Positions 1 through 12,193 of a DNA stretch of 64,000 nt are shown piece by piece (the stretch's first letter is position 1; each line of letters starts with the position of its first letter). The notes under the pieces are model-generated. The model was not told the origin of the DNA. It saw only the letters and a program-made list of their open reading frames with translations, and ran no database searches. Made by a program: the position numbers and the translations under genes. Source of the DNA: Raillietiella orientalis. Lineage: Eukaryota. The stretch spans positions 2,170,001-2,234,000 of the forward strand of contig JAYWIR010000017.1 of assembly GCA_036172245.1 (NCBI GenBank), given 5' to 3'.

Positions 1-1
1 T

Positions 2-760
2 CCCCATCCGCGCCACCCAAAGTTTCGAGAACAACTTGACGTCCGAATTCATTAATGTGATCGGACGCCAATTGTTCAGTTGGCGCAAATCTCCGCCTTT
101 CGGCAGGAGACGAGCCTTCGCTGAGCGAAACGAGGCGGGGACATCGCCCGCGTCTCGCATCAGCGACGAGAGTTGGAGCACCAGGGGGATGAGTTCCGCC
201 GCGAAGCACTGGAAGAACTTCGCAGGCAGACCATCCTCACCTGGCGCCCTGCGCTTCTTGAGGCTCGCTATGGCGGAAGACACCTCTTCCGCCGTGAAGG
301 GCAAGTCAAGAGTGGCGCGTTCCTCCTCGTCGACCGCAGGGGAATCCGCCGGCAGAAGCAGCTCCGAGAGACTGCGTTCCGTCGGCTCCCAACGGGAGTA
401 GTAGCGCTTCAGAAGGCGGCGAACGTCGGCCGCGCCCGAGCACTCCAGGCCCTGGTCATCGAGCAGACAAGCCGCTCCTGACTGCCAGACCTGGCGCTCG
501 GCCTTGGCCTTGTACTCCGCAAGGTACCGGACGTCCGGGCATCGGGAGAATTGGCGGGCCTGCAGAAACTCTCTGCTGCTGGCCACACCTTCTCCGAAGC
601 CACGGGGAAGCAGGCTCAAGGGGAACCGGCTGCAGAACTCGAGGACCGATCTTTTCAGATCGTCCCAGTCCACGAGCCCCCGAACGGTCAAGCTCCGGAG
701 ATGCCGGCGGAGGTGCTCCACAGCCACCGGATTTCTCAACCAGTCGGCCGGCAACCTCCA
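2..760 (-). mobile_element. Non-LTR retrotransposon (L1/Tx1-like) ORF2 fragment: post-endonuclease linker and start of reverse transcriptase; runs off the window edge
   Basis: Stop-free minus frame from 760 to 2 (253 codons; absent from the ORF track). It reads WRLPADWL...PFTAEEVSSAIASLKKRRAPGEDGLPAKFF...LLPKGGDLRQLNNWRPITLMNSDVKLFSKLWVARMG, matching the KAPGPDG and NWRPISLLNxDYK motifs of LINE RTs. Confidence 0.92.
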
Positions 761-1251
761 TATCCTACAATGCACCAAGAATGGCAAACCTTGAAGTGGG
801 TCATAGAGTTTCCAAACAACAAAAAGATGGAAATCCTGGCCGCGATGTTCCAGCGAACTGCAGATGTTACAGTCCCATGTTCAGAACGACCATCGCCCTA
901 TTCACCTCCATCCTTATACAAAAGTGGAAGATGAGGAACGCTAGGATAGCCACATCTCCCCTGAGAATCCTGAAAAGAATTATCCAAAGGGAGATCGGTA
1001 TCAGGAATTGTGGAAGAGGTTTGTCCTGGACGTACCACTACATCCTGAAAAGGATTGATGCCATCGTCCAAGCACACCCAGCGCCCAGTCTCCCCTAGTG
1101 CAAAACCTTAGTGTAGTGCAGTGACCCAAAGAAGTGAAATGAACATCCAACAGAGAAAAAATTTAGTAAATCCGTGCCCTCTGTTGAAGTAAATGCGTTT
1201 TGTAGTATGAATGGAAAATAAATTTACCCATCCTTCTAGGGATTGGGAAAA
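761..1251 (+). mobile_element. 3' end of an L1/Tx1-like LINE (degenerate ORF2 C-terminus and 3' UTR)
   Basis: Colinear similarity to 20750-21247 (PTMHQEWQTLK vs PTMDPEWQTLK; IIQREIGIRNC). Ends AATAAA-TTTACCCATCCTTCTAGGGATTGGG-AAAA. Confidence 0.85.
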
Positions 1252-1700
1252 GCGAGGAAGACCTGAAGACCCTTATACTGCTGATAGGGAACGAACGCTA
1301 GGAAGTGAACTGCAAAAGGTCAGAACTCACCCAGTGTCTTTTTCGTACACAGTTGAGCATTTGGAGGCCGCAGAGTTTTCCTTTTCACGGAAAATCGGTC
1401 TTTCGTCCTCCATTTGAAAAACATCCAGTCGGGCATGTCCGACGGCGATGTGATTGCGGCTCTGGAGGACCACACCAGCGTGCACGTCCTTTTGCGAAGA
1501 GGGAATCTTTGGAAGAGTTTCTCATCCACGTACAACGGGTTTGCTGCGGCGCGCGTTTCCGCCAAAACGGAAAAAAATCCCCATGAACTGGAGATCGACG
1601 GAACAAACGTCGAACTCCGGTTTGTGGGAAAGTTCAAAGTTTGCGGCGAGTGAGGCGAAGCGGGTCACCTCAAGAGGAGCTGCCCGAAGATTGAGTGCAG
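1252..1700 (+). pseudogene. Degenerate LINE ORF1 (gag-like) fragment with zinc knuckle
   Basis: ORF 1414-1653 read through its TGA gives VELRFVGKFKVCGE*GEAGHLKRSCP, a Cx2Cx4Hx4C knuckle whose second Cys codon is now a stop. The context is typical of Tx1/L1 ORF1. Confidence 0.7.
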
Positions 1701-2214
1701 AGGCTACAAGCAACTTAGGCACATACGGGGGGCGTGCTCTGCACTCGCAGCAAAGGCTTCTTGCCTTAACAGCAAACAAACCGTGACCCGCGACGCGACC
1801 TTCCCGTTAAAAAAGGCCTCTTCAGAAGCAAGAATCTCCCCTGGAAATGATTGAGGTGGCCTGGAAGGCAAAGAGCGAGCGTCGTGGCGAGCTGCTCCTA
1901 ATAAGCAAGAAACAAACTCCATACACGAAAAAGGAGAAAAGCGCGTCTATCTCAGGCAAAGACCAGGTGGTGCGTCGTTCTGCACCGCCCTTGAGGAAAT
2001 GCGAGGTTGCACTCGACTGGCAACTATATCGCACCTGCGGTCGCGTCCTCAAATAGTGCGCCAGTAAGCGCAACCGAGGACGCCACTACACGAAAGCGTT
2101 GCTATGGCAACAAAAGGGAAGCTGCAAATCGCAAGCTCCTGACTCTTAAGAGTTGGACTCCGTTGCTGCCGGAGGCAATGCTCCATCCGTCGCACGAGGG
2201 AGCAAGTCTCGAAG

Positions 2215-2430
2215 CCAGCTTCTGGAGGCTTTGTGGTTGCGGCTTCCGCGCGTGGCACCATGCGTTGCAGGTTCGAATACTCCGGCAGACACTGACGCCA
2301 CTGCGTCGTTGGGTTCTGAGTTTCTCCTGCAAGATGATGCTGGTTGGTCTACAAACATTCGGGCGCGGCACAGGTAGCGATTCAAACCGGAGACCCCCGA
2401 GGAGGGCCGGAACAAAGGGAGCAAGTCTAA
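2215..2430 (+). mobile_element. tRNA-derived SINE, 5' head and body (3'-truncated)
   Basis: GGAGGCTTTGTGGTT...GGTTCGAATAC A/B-box-like motifs; clear similarity to 46310-46510. Confidence 0.75.
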
Positions 2431-4559
2431 GAACCGAAAGCGGGAAGCTATGGAAAAGGTAAGGCAAGAGAACATGGAATTGGCCTCTCGCGACACCTCC
2501 AAGGAGGGATGCAGCCGCTAGCGCCATCTCAGCGGGCATGAATGCATGGAACGCCTGACAGCACCCGCTGTGGCCATGACCCAGTCGCCCATGAATGAGG
2601 CGGGTCCTTCACTGTCTTGCTCCATGCCATGACGCGTAACCTCGCCTCTTCTCTCCGCTTGTACGTCGCCTGTTGAAATGTCGACCACGATAAGAAGATG
2701 AGTGCGGCAACGAAAACCTTGCGCCCTTTCGACCATGCTCTGCTCCAGGAGACTCACCAGATCTGCCAGCAGGGAGTGAAGGATATCTAGAGATGTGCGG
2801 ATGGAAAGCTCTACTGACAGAATGGTACAGTGCCTCCGTGTGGGGTGGCCTGCTTGTTGAATTCATTCGTGCAGAGTGCCGTTTCGATGTGGAAAGTAGA
2901 GTGGGCTGCTTCTTCGGAACTGCTTGTCACAATCCTCTACGCGCCCAGCGATTGGTTGCGCCACAGCAGCCAGGTCGTAGTTCTTCTTTGAACTTGGTAG
3001 CCGTTGGCACAAAAGACGAAAAGTTGTCGTAAGTTGTCGAAAGAACGTGCATATGATTCTTCCTTCCTTCTTTTGAGCGTGGATTCCTCCCCTGTCTCTG
3101 ATTGAAGGATAGTGCATTCAAATGTTTGACTGGAATGGGAACTTGTCGATGTCAGCGACCAGGAACGTCCAGCTCTTTGGACACTGATTGTGTCCAAAGA
3201 GCGAGCTGTGAAAGCAAAGTTCCCGGATTACGTGCAAATTTACGATTATTTGCATGATGCAAACAGATGGCAGCATCGATTTGTTCGTAAAAAATAAAGG
3301 GACAAAAGAGCAGGGAGTGCATGGAAGTTCTCTTAGCTATTCGTTTTCCTGAAACCGTTCTCCACGGCATCATGAAGAAGGCTTTGGATACCAATCCGAA
3401 TCTTGTTGTTCGGTTCCAGGAAGCCTGCGTGCGTTCCTCCTATTGTCATGGAGAGAGTGTGCTTATGAAGCCAGTTACCAGTCCCAGTTCGACTCGCAAA
3501 GGGAGTTCATGTGCAGCGCTGAGGTTATGGAGTCCGTTTTCCCTTCTGAGAGATCGTGCCCGTGGGGAGACTCAGAGGTAGATAAGTCTCAGGATAGTGC
3601 TGCGATTTCAGTTTCTATTCGGGAGACGGAATTTTTTGGGGCTCGTTTGTTCTTTTCTAGTGAAATAGCATTGTGAAGTTCCCCCCATTGCCATGCTGCA
3701 ATTCAGAAGAAAAACGGATCCATGTAGTATGCAGCGAATCGATCTTCCCTCGCAAACAGCACGGACCAACGATCCGCGTTTCGGTGTTTCCCTTGACCAG
3801 CGAAAAATGCTTGCCTGTAAGAAACACGGAAATTCGCGCTTATGCTTGGCAGGTGATTCTGGTTCCATCTCTACAATGTGACAATTCCATTTTATTGGAA
3901 TGAAAGTTCTATCACGCAGCATCCAGCCTACGAGAGCATCACTTTAGAACCATCTGAATTGCAGGAAAAACTGCTACAGTAGTCGCAAAAACCCTTACGG
4001 AGACGAAGGATCGTGCGGAAATGTGAAGCAGCTCGCTGTTTCCGGAATTCGCTTTTCCGACCTGGATCGCATCCGACTCGCAGGGATCGATGAGGGCGGA
4101 ATTTTGCAGCTGCGAACACGTGTGATTCAATACTGCACCGAAGTCGAGACGTCGTGACGAGAATTCGACACGACAGGAGCGTGGACGCAGCAGCGGATCG
4201 CCACGCACCGAGGGCGCGCGAGAATCCCGCAGAAAGTGGTGGATACACATGAAAGAATGTCGTTTCTGGATGGCCAACCGATCGCAGGAGTGTGCAACCA
4301 GTTGCGAGCGTGCGTGGCTGCGTGCAAATGCCAAAAGGCATCCTGGACGGTTGGTGTCCTCATGGCTCTGCTCGCCTTCCGTTACGCACGTTCCTGTTGG
4401 TGCCATCGCCCCCTGCACCGAGCCGGGCCGCGGTTTCCATTACGCAGACGCAATAAGCAACTCTTTTATTCTTGGAGTCGGGTGCGTGGGAGAGTGTTTT
4501 CGGCCCACGACGCCTGAAGTCGGCCCCGCCGCAGCCGACCGCCGACGCCGAAGCCGTGC

Positions 4560-7500
4560 TCAGCATGCCGAAAACTGCCCGCTGACGCTCCACTGCATGC
4601 CGTCTACGTGGATGGCCAGGCTGGTGAGCAACTGCTTCATGCCGCTCCTGCAACGGACACGCGCGCCACAAGTGGTTCAGCTCGAGCCGCCCCCGACGGT
4701 GCCGGGCGCTCTGCTCACTCGCATCGCGCTTCGTCCTCCTGGCAGCCGACCGGCATCGCAGGAGAGCTGGAACGAAGCGGGACCGTGAATGGCGGGAGGA
4801 GGGAACGCGGCAGCGGCGCTGGCCGGCTGTCGGCGCCACTACCTGGGAAAGCGAGCCTCACCTGCGTCCCGTCCGCCGCATGGCCGCCGTCCGCCAGCAG
4901 CGTGCGGGAAACTTCGGGCGTCGGAGGAGGTTGCGTGTCTTGCGAGCGAAACCTGCGGAACCACCGCGCAAATTCGTCTCCCGCGCGAATTCTGACCACC
5001 CGGGGGAACCGCCTCCTGCTCTTCCCCTTCCATCCACCCCGGATCCAAGCGTCCCTCGCTCCCGTGCACCGGCTCCCCTCTCACCTCCCACGTGCGTCTT
5101 GCTCTTCGCGCCTCCGTCCGACGTCACCAAACACCTTCCTCACGTCGTCCACCCTGAGGAACACGAGAGCAGCAAAAGACGAGCGCAACGTGCAACGATC
5201 CGCTGCGCGGTGCCAGGGAGCGCGCGAACGGGCGCTCGGTTTCTTCGCTCACCTGCGCAGGCAGCTGTCGGAGGCCTGGGTCAGCACGCAACCACCCGTC
5301 TGCAAGTAAGAGGGGAAGGGGATGTGACGGACGCAGGCAGGCAGGGGGTGAGCACGAGCCAGCGACCGAGCGCGCACGCGCAGAGTTGACGCACTCGAGC
5401 GCCGAGAGAAGGCACGCGCGCGCGCGTTCCGAGCCCGCGCCGTAAGCGTCTTCTTCCCTGCCGAGCATTACGTCCTGCGCAGGTGGTGGTCCCTCGGCGG
5501 CACACGTGTGCACGGCAGACTCCAAGAACGGCTGCGCCGTCAGCCGGGCGTTCCCGGGGCTGTCGTGCCGGATCGTCTTCTCTACGGCGCCTCCTTCCTT
5601 CACCCTGCCAAGCTCAAGTTGCGGACGGCCTGCCGGCGAAAGGGCCGAACAAGCGGGCGGGCTGGCTGACATCGTTTCTGCTCTCTTCGTCGCGTGCTCC
5701 AGCAGCTTGCCGATGAGCGCGCGCACCCTCGTCAGCCAATCCTGCGTCAAGTCCCCCGACTCGACCTGCAGGATGTTCTGCAAAGCATGGCGGAGTGCCC
5801 GGTGCGAATATACCACGGCCTCACCAGCACGCTGGTTCTCCTCGCAGCAAGCTCGGCACCAACCTCCTGCGACCGTCGAGTCCTGGCGTACGCCAGCGGG
5901 TGATGGGGTCGCTCGCGCATCTGGCAGACGGGCGCGGCGTTGCACTGCTGGCGCTCCTCCTGCGTATTTTCCTGCGAAAAGTTCCAAGAGTTCAGGTTTT
6001 GTCCCAGCGGGCCAGTTGACCACCCGGGCGTCCCGCGACGAAGGGAACGGCAAGCTTTCTTCGTGGAAGACACGGGAAGTCACGGCGCCCTCCGCCACTC
6101 ACCCACCATCTCCCTGCGTCCTACCGTGCCCCAAATTCATCGCCACACAGGGCCATTTGCTTTTTTCTTCCTTTCCCGCTCCCTCACGCGCCGACGGGAG
6201 CGCAACAGCCCCGATGGCGCGCGAGCGTCCCCAACGACGACGACGACGCGCACGGCTCTCCGACGGGGGCGTCCGCGCAAACCGCGGCCCCCCTCACTTT
6301 CTCCCAGTCTCTCTCTGCTAGTTCGCTCTTCCACCGGAACACGATGACCCGGTTCTGGCGGCAGCCCACTTTGATCCAGGCCATCCCGTTTTCCTGGAAG
6401 CGCTTACGAACACCGGACCGGTCTCCGAACGCCCACTCGCACGTGCCGCGGAGCTGTCCCGTTCACGTACCTTCTGCAAACCTCTCGCCTTTTCCAGTCC
6501 CGCATGCTTCTTTCCTGCGGCCTCCGGCTTCCCGTTCCAACAGCTGCCACAAACCCAAGCTTCCTCCTTCTCCGCTGCTGTTGCTTCGGATGCTGTTGCT
6601 TTGCCAGCCCTCAGCCTCGCGTTTTCTTCCAGGATGCGGCCGATCAGGTTCATATCCAAGGACAGAATGCTCCTCAGAAACTTCTTCCAGCTTCGGAAGT
6701 CGCCTTCCAGATCTTCGCACACGCGTTGCGCCCTCTCCTCCCCGCCGTAGAGGAAGCGCACAATCGTCAGCAAGTCCTCGCTGTCGCGTACAAAGCTACG
6801 CTGCCGCATTCGCTGCTCGTCCACCCGAAGAGAAAACAGGGATCTTATTTCATGCTTCAGGCGTTCCAGAGGCTGCAGAACCGCTTCTGCCCTCCTGCTC
6901 CTCTCTTCGAGAGCGGCCCTCAGCTGGCCGTTCACGTTCCCCAGCACCTCCAGAATCACGTCCGGATTTTCGATCATTCGCTCCACCAGTCCCTTGACCT
7001 GGGCAGCATCCAGGTCGCACACGCTGTACACGAGCATCCAAATGGTTTCCGCATCCAAGCATTCCAACAACTTCCTGCACTGCTGCTGCGTCCTCAGCAG
7101 AGAGCACAGGTCCCGCAGCAGCTTCATGCCGTTCGCGTCGTCGGGCACGCGCGTCGGCAGATGGCCCCCCGCCATCTCCTCCTGCGCATCCCACGACGAC
7201 CACTCGCTCATCTAAAAGCAAAAATTCCCACCCCGCGCCGCTTACCTCCCTCCCAGTCTGCCCTTACCGAAGTCACGAAGTCGTCCTCCGCGACGATCAG
7301 CGTGCTGTCCTGCGGCCGCACCACGAAAACACAGACGTTAGCAGTGCAAAACGCCCACGCGCTCCGCGCTCCTTACCCGTATTCCTAGGATGTTCTCGTT
7401 GTTCGTCCCTTCTTCGCCATCGTTGTCCAGGCCCATATCCAGTGCTAAGCCCGACACCTCCCTGATCAGGGTGATCAGCTGACGCACGGAGAACGACAAG

Positions 7501-8810
7501 CATTCCTGCTTGTCGCTCTCCGGCAAAATGGCCACGAAGTCCTGAGGCGCAAAAGCGGGAGAATTTCAGAAGCGGCGGCGTCACTTGCTCACCACCCTTG
7601 CACCCCATCGCTCGTTGCTTTGCGCGACGACGCACGACCATGCTGCGCATGGGCGCTGCGTTCTTACCTCCAACGCCTTCACGATCCATCGGTGCACCGA
7701 TAGCAGCCTGGACACCATTCGGGGTGTTGGCGTGCATCCGGCGCTCTGCCACTCCTTCTTGATGTCGCTTGCCACGTTTCCGTAGTGGTACAAATTCGCT
7801 GCCAGCCTCTTTTTAAATGCACGGGTTTTGTTCACCCTGCGCTGTTGGTCCGCAATAACCGAAGCAACTTTCTGCTTCCCACTGAGGCAACCGTTCTTCA
7901 GCGAGTCGAGGAGTCCGTCGATTCTGTGCCTTAAACGCCGCAGCGCAACGCCGTAGTCTCTTCGCATCTTTACTCTGAAGATTTTGGATTTCGAATGCGA
8001 TCCTGTACGCAGCAACGTTTCCATGGTTTCGTTCCTTGTTCGATGAGGTGGGTGAAGGGGAGGAGGAAAACGCAATGTCACCGCATATTGCGATGCCGAA
8101 TGCGTTTTCAATGTTCACTTCGCTGTCCTCCGGGAACTTCGCAGGTCCAATGAAGCAGCCAGCACCGGAGCCATGTTCTTGCCCGTGTCGCGTGCAACGA
8201 GAACCGCGCTCGAATCCGCTGCGCATCCTCGAATCAGAGGAACAACCAAACGGAGAAGAGAGGTGGTCATCAGAACGTAAGCGGCCATCGGCCTGCTCCG
8301 ATCAGGGAGAAACGGTTTCTTGCGCCTGGCATGTCCTCAGGCCACCTCTCTTCGCTTATGCTGGCGTACTGGCAGAGTTGCGGTTCCGCTCGTCACCCAT
8401 CGGGTGCAGACGAGAGCGAACGTACTTTTCGACAAGGATAAGACGACGAAAGCAGAATTCTGTTTCCTGGTCGCTGTTGCAAGGATCCGACACGAAGTTT
8501 GGTTTCATGTTCCTCTTGCAAAGTTTGCAGCTCGAGGGGTTTTGCTGCACCCGCTCGCAAAGAAATCACGACTCCCATTGATCCCCCGTTCAAAGGGTAA
8601 AAGGACTTGAAAATGAGGAATCCCTCTGTGCAACGAAACTTCCACAGCCGGAGCCTACCAGGCTTTGGTTCTGTCCTCGCCAATGTTTCATGATCTTCAA
8701 GAGCCATACGTTCTGCTATGAGTGTCAAACCGCCATCCCGAAACTTGTGGAAACCACGCTGCTTCTGGAGTCGTTGCAACATACGCGCTCTTCGCCCATA
8801 CCGCTTAGGA
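4560..8810 (-). CDS. Uncharacterised multi-exon protein-coding gene with helical/coiled-coil-like segments; 5' end unresolved, possibly up to about 11.4 kb
   Basis: Frame-compatible GT-AG exons: 7974-7668, 7541-7377, 7309-7268, 7211-6471, 6393-6298, a large exon about 6057-5400 (ends uncertain), 5299-5253, 5153-5085, 4991-4719 (possible internal intron from 4861), and 4647-4560 ending in TGA. AATAAA on the minus strand at 4465-4470. No domain recognised. Confidence 0.7.
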
Positions 8811-11666
8811 AAGAAAAGCCTGAATGAGTTTCCAGATTGGTTGAAATTTGGAAGATTTTGTGCTTCCGTGGTACAAATTCCCAGATGGGAACGCCGAAAG
8901 ACAGTCTCGTGGATGAAATATCGGGCGATTCGCATCTACCTCAGCGCTGTGCATAGACGGTGTTGCTACGGCCTTCCTTCTCCTTCGCCCACTGCTTCGA
9001 GCAAATCGAGACTCTCTTTCGAAATTCGCACTGTCAAGAACAAAAAGCGAGAACATTCCATTGGGTTTGGTTGGATACCGATAGGAATCTTCACCAATGT
9101 CACAAATGACGGGTCACTCGATTTCGGCAGGTAGTGTCCGTGTGCGAACGGACCGGTCGCAGCGCACCCGCCGCTTGTGTCCGTCGCTTTTCACTGGTTT
9201 CATTGCATACCAACTGCGCTCGAATCTGCTCCAGGTATGTTGAAGGTGTCCGCTCTTCTTTTCAGTAAGCATACACCCTCACAGGTCGTTTCTTTTTCAG
9301 GTGCTCTCTGGAGACATCTGCTGAGCGGGAGGTTTGGTGGCATGTAGCCATCGACCTCATGAGAAGCGACCTCGTCCATGTGGTCATGTTCCCAACGCTG
9401 GAAAGAAGAGACGAGCTCTCTCTACGAAAGTGGATGTTATCGGACAAACCGAACCGCTCAACATCTGAAGATTCCGCTCTGTCCTCATTTGGGAATGACT
9501 GCTGCGTTGCAGTGGGATGCGAGTACTTATTATAGCAAGCTCCGCGCGAACCTCAGTCAGGAGGTCTACGTGCCGTTAGCCGTTGGATAGGTTTTGCGGC
9601 ACGCTGCGGTGGGCGTGTGTGTGTTTCCTGGCTTTGCTGGCGCGTGGAGCAGATGCCTCGCGCCAAGCATCACCTATCCGGAAAACTCTCCGCGCACCAG
9701 AAGGGAGTGTGCTGCTTGGAGCTAGTGTAGTTGCTGCCTACCAGTTTTTGAGCGTCTGCGCGGTCGTCATCGAGCTGATCTCTACCACGCATTCGTAGTT
9801 CACTCTCGGCATCCAATGCACATTGAGGCTAGCACGGTACGGCATTAGGGGTCATACTCGAAGCAGTGTAAGGTCCACGCAAGGGAATGTGAAAAGAGGA
9901 AGACGAGAAACTAACAAATATTTTGATGTGGGGGACGGGGAAGGTGGTGGGAAAGCAACCACTCCTGGCTCTATTGTGTCCACTTCTTTTTTTGTTGGAT
10001 GGTTTAATGAATTTCCGTATAACTATCCACTCTGATTTCACAGAAGTGATGGAACATGATCTTTCCAGGTTTCTTTTTTAGAATTGAAGTTAAAAAGGGA
10101 AACTAGAGCAGAAACACTTGACCAGGTTTTCTGTGACACTATAATTCCCCCATCTTCGGTTTTCGTTCCACTATCACACACTTGTCCGTTTACATGTGGC
10201 GAGGGCACACAAAAAGAATTGCAACTTATGCAAATTCGTACCTTTTCCGAGTACATGGTTGATGCCGTGGAACCAGCAGCTCATATATATCGCGGCAACT
10301 CTTATAATGATGATTTCGTTTAGCAGATTACCACCATCATCCACTACACATTTATAACAATACGAAAATCATCTGTAAATTCAGGAGCATATTTTCTGAA
10401 TTTTTTCTTCATTTAAAACTGATAACTGTCATCTTTTGACTAACTTCACTTAACGCAGCTGTGAAAGAAACCTATTCCGGAGAAAGAGGAAAGACGACTT
10501 TTGACTTTAATCTTTTCATGGTGAAAAGCAGCAACATTTTGATTAATGAAGAGGTATTTTCGTGAGTCGAAATAGTATATCGGTAACTGATCAAACGTCC
10601 TTGATTTATACTTTTTGATATATTCGTTTATGTTTTCTTTATACTGCCATTTGTCTCTGCATATTCTAAACATGGTAATTCACCGCAATCAATTCACCAT
10701 AAATAAGCATTAGCGAGATGGAAAAATAATACAAATATCTCTATCTATCTCTTTTTTTATGAAATAATCTTTTGAGTCCTAGGGATGTCCAAGGCTCTTT
10801 GGAAAAGTTCAAATTCTCAAGCAAGTCAACCAAGGAGTTTGAAAATGGAGTCAACCAAATGTAAAAAATACAACAGATCAATAGTCTCTTAAAAATTTGG
10901 ATCAAATGAACGAATACGAGATGAAATTTGTTAGATGTGTATTGATTTTTTTTCAAAATTATGTGCCTTCGCGCATAATAAAATTTTCGAATAATCTGTT
11001 TAAGCACCTGGAGATCACCATGGAATTGTTCAGTAAGGATGAGTCCCCGTTTGGAATTCAGTACATGAAAGTCCAAATGATCTTCACATTGGAGATTATG
11101 AGTAGACTTAAAATGTAACATGAATGCGCTAGTTTTGTAAATTATATGGAAGTGATAAATGAATAAATCTAAGGCTTTAAAGGAAAAAAACAATGAATCA
11201 AATAGGTAACTGCCAAATTGAAAAATGGAATACAGGACTTACACCTAATGATTCTAAAACTATAAGTTGAAATGTGAGACTCGCAAATTTGAGCCTGAAT
11301 TTGTAATTGGAATAAAGAAAAAAAAATCTTTACTAGTAGTTTTTGTTCATATTCAATTTTATTTTTAGAAGAAATTAGAAAGTGTCTTGGCGATCTGTGA
11401 AACACATGATTTGCCATAATCGTCTTGAGGTAAGTATTTATTTCGTATTAATATGTATCTCGAATAAAGTACATTTCTATAATAACCACTTGCGATGCAA
11501 AACTTGCTTTCGGGGTGGGACATGGTGACCCAAACGTTCATCCGCCAATTTGCAATGCGTTTTTTTGAAGATATATTTTTTTTTTTCAGATAACAACTTT
11601 TTGAGCAGATATTGCATAAATTCTATCATATATCCTCAACAAGCGTCCAAAGCATTTTTATTGGGA

Positions 11667-12193
11667 ATGGCAGAGCAAGCAAATGAAGAGGCTGAACAGA
11701 TAAAACAAGTAAGTGGTGCACTTTTGAGAAGGGAATGGTAGAAATGTATTTATATCCCATAAAGAAAAATTGTTTTTGGTTGTACCAATATCTATATTCC
11801 GTGATATTCATTTTACAGTTAATCCGTAATTTCAGTTGTGGACATAATAATTTCAAGTGAACGCCTGAGTGTATGTGATTGATTAGTAATAGAATGAGTA
11901 AGTGTCATTTAATTCTTCTTTTTCAGTTTAAAGATTTTTTGATTAATTATAACAAGTTGTCAGAAATGTGCTTTGATAGCTGTATCTTTGATTTTACGTC
12001 ACGAAATATCAAAAGTAAAGAGGTAATATGATTTGCTTAATTATGAGGGCGATGCATTTTTTAGGACAAATGTTCCATTAATTGTGTAGAGAAATACTTA
12101 AAGATGAATCAGCGGATTTCAGAGAGATTTCGGGAGTATCAAATTATGATGAACGAAAATGCCACGGAAATGACACAGAAGTTAGCATTATAA
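11667..12193 (+). CDS. TIMM9: Mitochondrial import inner membrane translocase subunit Tim9 (88 aa, 3 coding exons)
   Basis: Exons 11667-11708, 11927-12022 and 12065-12193 splice to [88 protein letters not shown]. It has twin CX3C motifs and the Tim9 KYLKMxQRISxRF motif. AATAAA at 12251; probable 5' UTR intron 11430-11589. Confidence 0.96.

Noticed and set aside
5506..7388. Long plus-strand ORFs (271, 217 and 294 aa)
   Set aside because: Antisense shadows of GC-rich minus-strand exons; the splice signals support the minus strand.
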